Assembly: GCA_964409045.1 (NCBI GenBank)
Contig: CAYPBU010000002.1
Coordinates: 3,160-67,159, forward strand
Length of the DNA: 64,000 bases
Source: an uncultured Anaerolineaceae bacterium
GTDB taxonomy: Bacteria > Chloroflexota > Anaerolineae > Anaerolineales > Anaerolineaceae
Direction of reading: 5' to 3'
A program made the position numbers and the translations under genes. Under the pieces are notes generated by a model. The model saw only the letters and a list, made by a program, of their open reading frames with translations, had not been told where the DNA came from and did not search any database. Positions 36,818 through 46,402 of this stretch are shown in pieces; the stretch's first letter is position 1; each line of letters starts with the position of its first letter.

Positions 36818-38044
36818 ATGGCCCCTTTACGGCTTAATACAGCAGATCAAGCATGGGTTCGAAAGATGAATCGTAGTCTTATCCTTGCTGTTTTCCGCAC
36901 ACAAAAAACACTCTCGAGGGCTCAGCTTGCCGCTCAGACGGGTTTAAACCCAAGCACGGTTTCAAAAATCATCTATGAGTTGATTCAAGAGAAACTGATT
37001 CACGAAACAACGCTAAGTCAGAATGGAACTGGTCGTCCCGGGCTTATGCTTGAGTTAAACCCCAAGGGAGGGTGCGCTTTGGGGATTGAAATCAATGTTG
37101 ATTACATTGAGCTTCTACTTACCGATTTTTCCGCAAATGCATTGTGGCGAAAAAAACAGGATACCAAACCAGGCGCCGCGCAAGACGTAATCATGAATCA
37201 AGTGATTGAACTTGTGAAAGAAGCATCTTCATTTATTCAATCCCATAAACTTCCTCTTCTGGGAGTCGGCGTTGGAGTTCCAGGTTTAGTTGATGTTGCT
37301 AGTGGTTTACTGCGAGTAGCCCCAAACCTAAACTGGGTGGAAATTCCTGTTAGAGACATTTTAGCTAACTATTTTACTTGTCCAATATATGTAGAAAATG
37401 AAGCTAACGCTGCCGCGCTTGGTGAGTATTACTTTGGTACTGTTCGAAATGTGAAAAACTTCATCTACTTAAGTTCTGGTATCGGGCTTGGAAGCGGGAT
37501 CGTGATAGGTGGGCAGCTTTTCCGGGGTATGTTTGGCTTTGCTGGTGAAGCTGGGCATATGACATTGGACCCAAATGGAGAGATTTGCGGCTGCGGTCGA
37601 CGTGGATGTTGGGAAACCTTCGTCGGTCCACGTTCCGTCTTACAGCGGGTTCAACGTTCATTAATGCTCGGTGCAGAATCAAGCCTCAGTGAGATGGTAA
37701 AGGGGAAGCTTCAGGAATTAACCATTGATGATGTCGTAAAAGCCGCACAAAACGGAGATAAGATTGCGAATTTTGCTTTGAGCGAGGTTGCCTTTTACCT
37801 GGGAATTGGAATTGCCAACCTATTAAACCTATTCAATGTTGAGGTTATCGTCTTAGGTGGTGCGCTTAACAAAGCAAGCCCTGTTTTCCTTAGTGACGTT
37901 GAACGCGTTGTTCAAGAGAACACGTTGAATCCGGTCAGGGAGCATCTAAAGGTCATCCCTTCGGCACATGGGTCGGATGCCTGCATTATGGGAACCATTG
38001 CCCTGGTCCTCGACGAGATATTACGTGAGCCCGCGTTTATGTAG
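36818..38044 (+). CDS. ROK-family transcriptional regulator (XylR-like)
   Basis: An N-terminal HTH 'LSRAQLAAQTGLNPSTVSKII' is followed by the ROK Zn motif 'GHMTLDPNGEICGCGRRGCWE'. Confidence 0.85.
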   Translation: MAPLRLNTADQAWVRKMNRSLILAVFRTQKTLSRAQLAAQTGLNPSTVSKIIYELIQEKLIHETTLSQNGTGRPGLMLELNPKGGCALGIEINVDYIELLLTDFSANALWRKKQDTKPGAAQDVIMNQVIELVKEASSFIQSHKLPLLGVGVGVPGLVDVASGLLRVAPNLNWVEIPVRDILANYFTCPIYVENEANAAALGEYYFGTVRNVKNFIYLSSGIGLGSGIVIGGQLFRGMFGFAGEAGHMTLDPNGEICGCGRRGCWETFVGPRSVLQRVQRSLMLGAESSLSEMVKGKLQELTIDDVVKAAQNGDKIANFALSEVAFYLGIGIANLLNLFNVEVIVLGGALNKASPVFLSDVERVVQENTLNPVREHLKVIPSAHGSDACIMGTIALVLDEILREPAFM

Positions 38045-38186
38045 GAATACTTACACGAAACAATCAACACGTACCTTCACAATTATTTTTATTCCTCTGA
38101 GAAAGAAAGGAGGTCCTTATCCAAAAAAGGATGTTTGTGTATGCTCGTTTTTGTTTCCTTAACAATCAAATTAAAGGAGTATTGCA

Positions 38187-39299
38187 ATGAAAAGCAAGTC
38201 GTTACGAGTACTGATACTAATCATGATTGCTGCCATGGTGATTGGCAGTCTGGGAGCCTGTGGACCTGCTACAGCACCAGTAGAAAAAGTAAAAATTGGG
38301 CTTTCATTCTCTGACTTCGCAACCGAACGCTGGAAGCCCGAAGCTGAACTGCTCACAAAGTTGCTGAACGAAAAAGGTTATGATGTTTTGGTTCAGGAAG
38401 CCAATCACGATGTGAAACTTCAGAACGACCAGATCGACAACATGGTCGCCCAAGGTGTCAAGGGCTTGATCGTCATCGCTGAAGACGGGGAAGCTGTTGT
38501 CACCTCTGTGGACAAAGCTGCCGACGCAGGCGTGAAGGTAATCGCCTACGACCGCCTGATCAAAACCTCAAAAATTGCTGCTTACCTGTCATTTGATAAC
38601 ACTGAAGTTGGTCGGCAGGAAGCCCTCGGTGTGTTGACTGCGCTCGGTCTGCCCGGAAGCACCACATGGACAGCTGACAATCCTGCGAAAGTTGTGATGT
38701 CTGGCGGTTCCCCCACCGACAACAACGCTCACCTTGTCCGCGCTGGACAAGAAGAAGTTATGAAACCCTATGTCGATTCCGGTGTGATCAAGATCGTAGC
38801 CGACTTCTGGGTTGAGAACTGGGATCCTGCCAAGGCTTTGGCGAATATGGAAAACGTCCTCACCGCCCAGCAGAACATGATCGATGCAGTAGTTGCTTCA
38901 AATGATGGCACTGCTCTTGGCGAACTGACGGCCTTGAAAGCGCAAGGATTGGCTGGCAAGGTACCGATTTCCGGACAGGATGCCACAGCTGACGGCTGCA
39001 ACAGCATCGTCAAGGGTGAGCAAACCGTGACCGTGTATAAGGACTTCCGCCTGTTGGCCCCGAAAGTGGTTGACATGATGGACGCCCTGATCAAAGGCAA
39101 CCCCATCGAAGGTGCCGCACCATTCTCACTCGCACTCCTGACCGGCAGCGATCTTGCTGGTGACGTGCAATGCGTCTTCCTGCCTGTGGTCCAGGTGACC
39201 AAAGACAATGTTTATGAACAAATTGTTGTGAGTGGGTTCCAACCCTACGATGCGGTTTATCGTGATATTCCAGAAGACCAAAGGCCACCTAAGCCCTAG
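38187..39299 (+). CDS. Periplasmic-type sugar-binding lipoprotein (XylF/CUT2-like)
   Basis: The lipobox is 'GSLGAC'. 'KIGLSFSDFATERW' and 'VIAYDRLI' are typical of Peripla_BP_4. Confidence 0.85.
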   Translation: MKSKSLRVLILIMIAAMVIGSLGACGPATAPVEKVKIGLSFSDFATERWKPEAELLTKLLNEKGYDVLVQEANHDVKLQNDQIDNMVAQGVKGLIVIAEDGEAVVTSVDKAADAGVKVIAYDRLIKTSKIAAYLSFDNTEVGRQEALGVLTALGLPGSTTWTADNPAKVVMSGGSPTDNNAHLVRAGQEEVMKPYVDSGVIKIVADFWVENWDPAKALANMENVLTAQQNMIDAVVASNDGTALGELTALKAQGLAGKVPISGQDATADGCNSIVKGEQTVTVYKDFRLLAPKVVDMMDALIKGNPIEGAAPFSLALLTGSDLAGDVQCVFLPVVQVTKDNVYEQIVVSGFQPYDAVYRDIPEDQRPPKP

Positions 39300-39337
39300 A
39301 GCGTCTGCTTTATCGAGGTTGTCTCGATAGAATAATC

Positions 39338-39373
39338 CTTCCGCGCCTGGTTTTCTCGATCCGGGCGCGGAAG
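39338..39373 (+). other. Intercistronic 13-bp stem-loop after the binding-protein gene
   Basis: CTTCCGCGCCTGG (39338-39350) pairs with CCGGGCGCGGAAG (39361-39373), including one G-U pair. There is no U-tract. Confidence 0.55.
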
Positions 39374-39507
39374 AAAACAAATTTTGTAATATTCTCTGCG
39401 ATTCTGAGGATGAGTTCGGTATAAACAATTGAGAAGATGATCATAAATCAAGGCGCTTCTTTTATGCAAAATAACCAAATGACTCACCTTTAAATAGGAA
39501 AAAGCTG

Positions 39508-41049
39508 ATGGATGAAAACATAATTCTCGAATTTCAACACGTGACCAAGGAATTTCCTGGTGTTGTTGCTCTCAATGATGTAAGTTTTGCCATTCAACGT
39601 GGAGAGATTCATGGACTCTGCGGAGAAAATGGCGCGGGGAAATCAACATTAATGAAAATTCTTTCCGGCGTATATCCAAGTGGGACTTATGATGGTGAAA
39701 TTATTTATAACGGTCGTCCTTTGAGGCTGGAAGGAAGTTCCATTCAACAAGCAGCAGAAGAGGGTATCGCAATCGTGTATCAGGAGCTAACCCTGGTACC
39801 CGGGATGACCGTGGGGGAGAACATTTTCCTGGGCAAGGAACCTATTAAAGGGGGTGTGATAACCTGGGATCGTGTTTATTCGGATACGCAAAAGATTCTT
39901 GATGAGTATCACCTGGATATCCATCCACAGGATATCGTGAAGAATCTCGGCGTTGGGAAAATGCAAATGACTGAGATTGCAAAGGCATTATCAGAAAACG
40001 CAAAGGTGCTAATTCTGGATGAACCTACCAGCGCGCTCTCAGAGGCTGAGGTAACCCAATTGATGTTGATCCTTCAAACATTAAAAGAACACGGGGTTAC
40101 CTGCATCTACATTACCCATAAAATTGAAGAATTTTTCCGGATCGCAGACACCATAACTGTTCTCCGGGATGGAAAAGTGGTCACAACGCAAAGTGCTAAA
40201 GATTTGGATGCCCAGAAACTGGTCAAATATATGGTCGGACGGGAGATGAAGGAACGATTTCCTGCGAGAATTCATGCTCCAGGTGAAGTAATACTTGAAG
40301 TCAATGACTTAAGGGCGGAAGATCCCTTTAAAGACAAGGAGATAATTACAGGTGTTTCCTTTAACCTGCGAAAGGGCGAGATCCTTGGCATCGCGGGGTT
40401 GATGGGGTCGGGCCGAACTGAACTGGTGATGACCTTGTTTGGTGAATATGGGAAAATCACACAAGGCACTATCAAACTTGATGGGCAAGAAATAGTCGTG
40501 AAAAACGGGCATGATGCCATGCAAAAGGGTATCAGCCTTGTGCCTGAAGACCGAAAACGCCATGGACTTGTTCTGATCCAATCCATTTTAAAGAATATTT
40601 CATTACCAAATCTCGACCGATTCGCTTCTTTTTTGCATATAAATAATGACGCGGAACTAATTGAAAGCTTAAAAATCGCAAAAGAACTGGCAATTAAGAC
40701 CCCGAATCTTCAAATGCCGGCGGAATCATTGTCAGGTGGAAACCAGCAAAAAGTTGTCATAGCAAAATGGTTAATGTCTGGTCCCCGGATCTTAATTATG
40801 GACGATCCGACCCGAGGCGTAGATGTGGGTGCCAAGTTCGAAATTTACAAACTCATGAACGAACTGACGGAACATGGAATTTCGATCATTATGATCTCGA
40901 GTGACTTACAGGAAGTGTTGGGGATGAGTGATCGAGTCATGGTAATGTGCCATGGGCATTCCAATGGAACTCTTGGAATAGATGAAGCGACACAAGAACG
41001 AATAATGACACTAGCCACAGGATTGAACGAACAGGAACAAAAAAATTAG
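39508..41049 (+). CDS. Sugar ABC ATP-binding protein (XylG-like, duplicated ATPase)
   Basis: The motifs are '[14 protein letters not shown]', '[15 protein letters not shown]' and 'LIMDDPTRGVD'. 513 aa. Confidence 0.9.
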   Translation: MDENIILEFQHVTKEFPGVVALNDVSFAIQRGEIHGLCGENGAGKSTLMKILSGVYPSGTYDGEIIYNGRPLRLEGSSIQQAAEEGIAIVYQELTLVPGMTVGENIFLGKEPIKGGVITWDRVYSDTQKILDEYHLDIHPQDIVKNLGVGKMQMTEIAKALSENAKVLILDEPTSALSEAEVTQLMLILQTLKEHGVTCIYITHKIEEFFRIADTITVLRDGKVVTTQSAKDLDAQKLVKYMVGREMKERFPARIHAPGEVILEVNDLRAEDPFKDKEIITGVSFNLRKGEILGIAGLMGSGRTELVMTLFGEYGKITQGTIKLDGQEIVVKNGHDAMQKGISLVPEDRKRHGLVLIQSILKNISLPNLDRFASFLHINNDAELIESLKIAKELAIKTPNLQMPAESLSGGNQQKVVIAKWLMSGPRILIMDDPTRGVDVGAKFEIYKLMNELTEHGISIIMISSDLQEVLGMSDRVMVMCHGHSNGTLGIDEATQERIMTLATGLNEQEQKN

Positions 41050-41061
41050 AAGAGGTGAACG

Positions 41062-42234
41062 ATGAATTTATCTGCTTTTAGTGAAAAATTACGGAAGAAT
41101 ATCCAGACTTACATCATCATTATCGCGCTTGTCGTCATTTGGGGTGTGTTTGCCGTTGTCACAAAAGGTGGCTACATCGGTCCACAAAACATCTCCAACT
41201 TGTTCCGACAGATGACCGTCACGGGTTTCCTGGCAACTGGTATGGTCTTGGTGATGGTGACGGGTGGAATTGATTTGTCTGTAGGCAAGTTGGCTGGGTT
41301 TGTGTCTGTTGTAGTTGCGCTTTTCCAGCGCGATGTGTGGATTCAGGTAATTCCTGATCAACCTATTCTTGCTGCGGTCTTATCGGTAATTGTTGGGATT
41401 ATTATTGGCTTATTATTTGGAATGTACCAGGCATATATTATTTCCTATTTGCGCGTACCTGCCTTTATTGTGACACTTGGTGGACAGTTTGTTCTTAGTG
41501 GCGGCATTCTACTGGCAACTGGCGGGCAGACGATTGCGGCAAATCAGCCGGGTTTCAGCTTTATTGCTCAAGGATATCTACCGCGTCCTGTCGGGTGGCT
41601 CTTGGGAGTAGGAGTTGTAGTGATCTTGTTTGTGCTGATGTTCGCGAACCGGCGAACAAAAGTCAAATATGGGTTTGAACTAAAACCAATCTATCAAGAT
41701 ATGCTGCGAACAATCTTTTTCTCAATAATCGTTCTGGTTTATGTCTACATCGTCAATAGATATAATGGCGTCCAGGTGCCAGTCCTATTGCTGGCATTAA
41801 CTGCAATCGCGGTTTCTTATATTTCAACCAATACACGCTTCGGACGATATGCCTATGCGATTGGAGGCAACCGGGAAGCAGCCCGATTGTCTGGTATCAA
41901 TATCAAAAAGCAATTATTCCAGGTCTTTGCTCTCATGGGTTTGCTTTGCGGTGTGGCTGGCGTTGTATTGGCTTCTTATGTTGGCTACGGAACTATCGCT
42001 GCAGGGCAAGGGTACGAACTGGATGCCATCGCCAGTTGCGTCCTGGGTGGCACTTCAACCTTGGGCGGTTCCGGCACCATTTTTGGAGCCCTTGTGGGCG
42101 CGTTGATCATGGCAAGCTTAAACACAGGCCTTCAGATGATGAACGTCGCTCCTGCGTGGCAGTATGTACTTAGAGGCTTAGTCCTGGTCTTAGCAGTCAT
42201 CGCGGACGTGTACTTCAAGAAATCATCCAACTAA
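41062..42234 (+). CDS. Sugar ABC permease (XylH-like)
   Basis: 390 aa and multi-TM, with 'LVMVTGGIDLSVGKLAGF' and 'ELDAIASCVLGGTSTLGGSG'. Confidence 0.85.
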   Translation: MNLSAFSEKLRKNIQTYIIIIALVVIWGVFAVVTKGGYIGPQNISNLFRQMTVTGFLATGMVLVMVTGGIDLSVGKLAGFVSVVVALFQRDVWIQVIPDQPILAAVLSVIVGIIIGLLFGMYQAYIISYLRVPAFIVTLGGQFVLSGGILLATGGQTIAANQPGFSFIAQGYLPRPVGWLLGVGVVVILFVLMFANRRTKVKYGFELKPIYQDMLRTIFFSIIVLVYVYIVNRYNGVQVPVLLLALTAIAVSYISTNTRFGRYAYAIGGNREAARLSGINIKKQLFQVFALMGLLCGVAGVVLASYVGYGTIAAGQGYELDAIASCVLGGTSTLGGSGTIFGALVGALIMASLNTGLQMMNVAPAWQYVLRGLVLVLAVIADVYFKKSSN

Positions 42235-42264
42235 GATCGTTGAAGAAAACTTGCATCACACTTC

Positions 42265-42305
42265 GACCTGCCCTTCTGTTTTGATGAAGGGCAGGTCTGT
42301 CTTTA
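42265..42305 (+). terminator. Rho-independent terminator of the xylose-type ABC operon
   Basis: A 12-bp perfect stem (GACCTGCCCTTC 42265-42276 / GAAGGGCAGGTC 42286-42297) is followed by a T-rich tail. Confidence 0.6.
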
Positions 42306-42534
42306 AATGCTATTGAACAGCAGTCATTCTGATCAGGGTAGTGTAAAATATGGCATCGGACGAAGGCTGCTTCCAGGGAGCAAACTCGCCTGGTTGTGTT
42401 GAGTCTCTTCATGGTCCACAAAGATTGCAACGACACCGGGCCATTAGAATCATATAACCGAGGAAAGCGCCTAGTGTCGGTAGTTAAAACGAATATCTTG
42501 ATAAGATTTGGATAAGACTTAATTGGAAGGTCAC

Positions 42535-43758
42535 ATGGACAAACCTAAAAAGAAGCAGTTATTTCTAATTTTTGCCTTCGTTTTTTTGGATCTTTTGGGT
42601 TACAGCCTGATATTGCCGCTACTACCATATTATGCCAGTGGTTTTGGAGCAACAATCGCTGTAGTTGGTCTCTTAGGCACGGTCAACGGGTTAGGTCAGC
42701 TGATTGCAGCTCCGGTCATTGGACGGTTGTCAGACCGCTATGGAAGGCGTCCGCTTTTAATTGTGGCCCTTTTAGGCACGATCCTGGGTTTCATAATTTT
42801 AGGGTTTGCTAAAAGTCTTTGGATGATTTTCCTCAGCCGGGCAGTGGATGGACTACTTGGTGGCAATACTGCTCTTGCTAAGGCATATATCACCGATATT
42901 ACAGAACCAGGAGAACGCGCCAAAAGCTTGGGGTTGATTGGGGCAGCCTTTGGTTTAGGATTCATCATCGGACCTGTAATGGGAGGCTTTTTAAGTCTTG
43001 TTGGTCTCAATGTGCCCGCTTTGGTTGCGGCTGCTCTCTCAATATTTAATTTAATCGCGATAATAATCTGGCTGCCCGAGTCCTTACCACCCGAAGCTCG
43101 CCAGCAAATGCGCACCAACCCGCATACTGCGTTTAATCTTTCAAATCTTCTTGATGAATTTCGACGTCCTTGTGTTGGCTCTCTATTACTTATTTCCCTA
43201 TTTTATGGCTTTTCTTTTACACTATTCCAGTCGAATTTTTCATTGTACGCCTAGGAGGTATTAAAACTTAGCGTACAAAATACCGGTTTGGTTCTAACTT
43301 ATGTAGGTTTGCTCTCTGTAATTGTGCAGGGTTTTGCAATTGGAAAGTTGACCAAGCGGTTTAAGGAACGCAAGCTGATCTCGGCAAGCATCATCTCACT
43401 TGGTATAGCCCTGTTTATTTGGGGTTTCACCAAACAAATCTGGGTGTTATTGATTATTCTTGCACCTATAGCCCTGAGCGCTGGTATCCTAAACACCCTC
43501 CTAACCAGCCAAATTACGAAAGCAGTTTATAAAGAAGATGTAGGCGGTACGCTGGGATTGACCAGTTCCATCCAGACTGTAGCGCAAATTACAACGCCAG
43601 GAATGGGTGGTCTTATCCTCTCAGCCCTGGGACCCTGGGCATTAGGCGTAATATCCAGCGTCTTTATGATCTTTGCTTTCTTATCTGCGATTGGGAAAAG
43701 TGTAAGGCACTCCGATTTGGACGATCAAAGTCCATGTTATCAGCAAGCCGTAAATTAA
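42535..43758 (+). pseudogene. MFS transporter interrupted by a single in-frame TAG (43252-43254)
   Basis: ORFs 42523-43254 and 43288-43758 are in the same frame. Together they give a roughly 400-aa 12-TM-type MFS protein ('GRLSDRYGRRPLL' motif in the first half). The two halves are joined across 'SLYA*EVLKLSVQNTG'. Confidence 0.7.
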
Positions 43759-44014
43759 TCAGCGAATATTTCAGATAGTCCCAACAGAGTTGGGACTATG
43801 TTTGAATCTATCAACGCGTTGCTGTCGTCGTTTCCATAGGAATGATTATTTCATTTTCCTAATTTGCATCCAAAATCGTGGAACCAAAAATCACAATACC
43901 GTGCGCGCTGTCGATTTAAGTTATAGAGCACAACGAGTTTCGATAAAAACCCTTTGCAATTCAAATCGAGGGCTAAAAGTGTTGTATAATCATGGTTGTA
44001 CAAATAGGGATATT

Positions 44015-44965
44015 ATGACCACGATAAACGACCTACCTGACGAACCTAAATACTCTGTACAAAGAGTCAGCGACCTGACTGGCATTCTTCCAGTTACCTT
44101 GCGCGCCTGGGAAAGGCGTTATGGCATCCTGAATCCAGGTCGCGATGAGAATCACTATCGGCTGTACTCGGATAGGGATCTGGCAATTCTACGATGGCTC
44201 ATCAACAAGAAGAATAGCGGCGTTTCCATCAGTACTGCTGCCGCGGGTTTACGGGATTTGATTGCGCAGAATAATTGGCCGGATGTTATCCCGTTTGGTA
44301 TCGCCCAAACTAAGACAATCAGTTCAGCGCCACCAGAGCGCTACGCTGACGACCTTTTTGCCTTATTAAAGGCGCATAATGAGGTTGATGCAGCCAGACT
44401 TTTTGAGGACATAATTTCCAAATTTGATCTTGAATCACTGATCGATAGAATCCTCACACCCACCCTGATCTCTGTCGGGGAAGCCTGGGTTCGGGGAGAA
44501 ATGATGATCAGTACAGAGCACTTTGCAACAGCTTTTGTGTTGAGCAGGTTGAACAACCTCTACATTTCACTGCCGATTGTCAACAAAGGACCTGCCATAC
44601 TAATTGGTGGTGCGCCGACTGAGGAGCATGAAATGGGCGCTCTGATGATGGCTGTGCTGCTTAGGAACAGGGGCTATCGGGTGGAGTTCTTGGGGGCGAA
44701 CTTGCATCTGGATGATCTGGTGGACTACGCCCGGCAGACTAAGCCCTCCCTGGTGGTTCTCACCGCCAGCACAAACCGTGCCGCCATGGAGTTGCTGCGG
44801 GCACAGGCAAAACTCAACACAATTTCAACGGCTCCGATATTCTGCTATGCCGGCTTTGCTTTTGATTTTGACCCATTGCTGGTTCAAAAAATTTCGGGTA
44901 ACTATCTTGGGAATTCGATGGTCAAGGCCCTGGACCAGATAAGGCAGCTTTTGAGCGGGAAATAG
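44015..44965 (+). CDS. MerR-family regulator with a B12-binding domain (CarH/LitR-like photoreceptor type)
   Basis: The MerR HTH is 'YSVQRVSDLTGILPVTLRAWERRYG'. The Wx9EH motif is 'WVRGEMMISTEH'. The ExHxxG B12 motif is 'EEHEMG', within 'ILIGGAPTEEHEMGALMMAV'. I prefer the ATG at 44015. Confidence 0.75.
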   Translation: MTTINDLPDEPKYSVQRVSDLTGILPVTLRAWERRYGILNPGRDENHYRLYSDRDLAILRWLINKKNSGVSISTAAAGLRDLIAQNNWPDVIPFGIAQTKTISSAPPERYADDLFALLKAHNEVDAARLFEDIISKFDLESLIDRILTPTLISVGEAWVRGEMMISTEHFATAFVLSRLNNLYISLPIVNKGPAILIGGAPTEEHEMGALMMAVLLRNRGYRVEFLGANLHLDDLVDYARQTKPSLVVLTASTNRAAMELLRAQAKLNTISTAPIFCYAGFAFDFDPLLVQKISGNYLGNSMVKALDQIRQLLSGK

Positions 44966-45064
44966 TTCAGTACTATTACATGAAGATTTACAGCCACCCA
45001 TGATTAGGGTGGTTTTCTGTTTATGTTACCTGATGCATTCAACAGTGATTAGTCTTAAATAAAA

Positions 45065-45092
45065 AGAGTTGGCAAAATTTGCCAACTCTTTT
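45065..45092. terminator. Bidirectional rho-independent terminator
   Basis: AGAGTTGGCAAA/TTTGCCAACTCT is a near-perfect palindrome flanked by AAAAA and TTTTATT. It lies between convergent genes. Confidence 0.7.
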
Positions 45093-45110
45093 ATTACTCA
45101 ATGGTTGTGT

Positions 45111-45644
45111 TTACTGTGGAGGCAGCAGGACTGCATCGATCACGTGGATGACGCCATTGGAGGATTCGACGTCGGTGATGATAACCAGGACGGTATCATT
45201 CAGATAGACTTTACCATCTTCAACCTTGATAGTTACAGGCTGACGCAGGACGGTATCGGCACTGGTCAGGGTGACCACGTCAGAGGCCATGACTTTACCA
45301 GAAACAACATGGTAGAGTAGGATGGACTTGAGCTGTTCGAGGTTCTCGGGGAGCAGGAGGCTTGCGACGGTGGCTTCGGGGAGTTTCGCGAATGCGTCAT
45401 CGGTTGGGGCAAATACGGTGAAGGGACCTTCGCCTTTGAGCGTGTCGACCAGGTCGGCAGCTGTCAGAGCGGCAGCGAGGGTGGTGAAGCGACCGTCAGC
45501 AACGGCGGTGTCGACGATGTCGGACAACTCAGGTGCGGGCATAGCAGTAGGTTCAACGATTGGCATCTTTGTAGCCTGAGGCACACATGCCGCGAGGGCG
45601 AGAATCGCCACGAGTGAGATAGAAAGTAAGCTAAAGGGTTTCAT
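45111..45644 (-). CDS. Fasciclin (FAS1) domain lipoprotein
   Basis: The lipobox is 'LALAAC'. The FAS1 motifs are '[11 protein letters not shown]' and '[13 protein letters not shown]'. Confidence 0.85.
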   Translation of the reverse strand: MKPFSLLSISLVAILALAACVPQATKMPIVEPTAMPAPELSDIVDTAVADGRFTTLAAALTAADLVDTLKGEGPFTVFAPTDDAFAKLPEATVASLLLPENLEQLKSILLYHVVSGKVMASDVVTLTSADTVLRQPVTIKVEDGKVYLNDTVLVIITDVESSNGVIHVIDAVLLPPQ

Positions 45645-45708
45645 TTTTTCTCCTATTGTTAGTGTATAAAGGTTTGTACAACTTATGAATGTATTTTAGC
45701 AACAGTTA

Positions 45709-45738
45709 ATACATTGTACAAATATTTGTACAATGTAT
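45709..45738. promoter_or_regulatory. Perfect 30-bp palindrome built on TGTACA cores
   Basis: ATACATTGTACAAATATTTGTACAATGTAT lies 65-95 nt upstream of the fasciclin gene start. A third TTGTACAA lies at 45674-45681. Confidence 0.5.
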
Positions 45739-45863
45739 CTTGACAAACAAATAAATCCTGTTTTCATCAGTCGATAGAAAGTGACAGATGGTGGTTTTTA
45801 TAGGCAATAGGAAACATTGATGGAAAATACACGGCGATTTATCTCCAGAACCAGGCATTGTAA

Positions 45864-46402
45864 GACAATATTGACAAGAAAATGTCTTTGAGTACGCGTT
45901 TAGAGAAAGCTCTGAAAGTGGCTGCCCTCGACGCAGGCGGGGACGATTACGTGACCATCCATTTGGCTCTGACGATCTGCTGGTGAGGGTGCGAACGTTC
46001 TTCCGAAGGTCTTATGTGCCAGAAAAGACAGATGATAAGAAGATCCATATTGGAGAACTCATTATAGATCTCGTTGTCCGAAGGGCATTTGTCACTGAAA
46101 ATGACCTGCACCTCAGCAGAACTGAATATGCAATAATCACCGTGCTGGCGCATCGCTTGGACGCCATTGTCACCCATGATGAACTCTTGGTCCAGGTGTT
46201 GGGTCAGGAATATCCGGGGGCTAACGACTATTTATATACCCACCTGGGTCGTCTGCACAAAAATCATGCTGAATTCAACGACCTGCTCGAGACTTTGCCC
46301 GGGATGGGATACAATTTGCAATCGAAGAAAATCTTCTTACAGTTGCGGTATATAACTAAAGCTGTGAAAAATCAAGCAACTTTAGTAGTTAGCCGCGAGT
46401 AA
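45864..46402 (+). pseudogene. Decayed OmpR/KdpE-type response regulator (receiver domain lost, 1-nt frameshift)
   Basis: 'LEKALKVAALDAGGDDYVT' (frame 0) is followed after about 45957 by 'PFGSDDLLVRVRTFFRR...LSRTEYAIITVL...LPGMGYNL' in frame 2. No receiver N-terminus or phospho-acceptor Asp region lies upstream, and a stop sits at 45861-45863. Confidence 0.65.

Noticed and set aside
43790-44014. N-terminal 75-codon extension of the MerR/B12 ORF
   Set aside because: The extension is Cys/Arg-rich nonsense starting at a non-ATG codon. The MerR HTH begins right after the ATG at 44015, so I placed the real start there.
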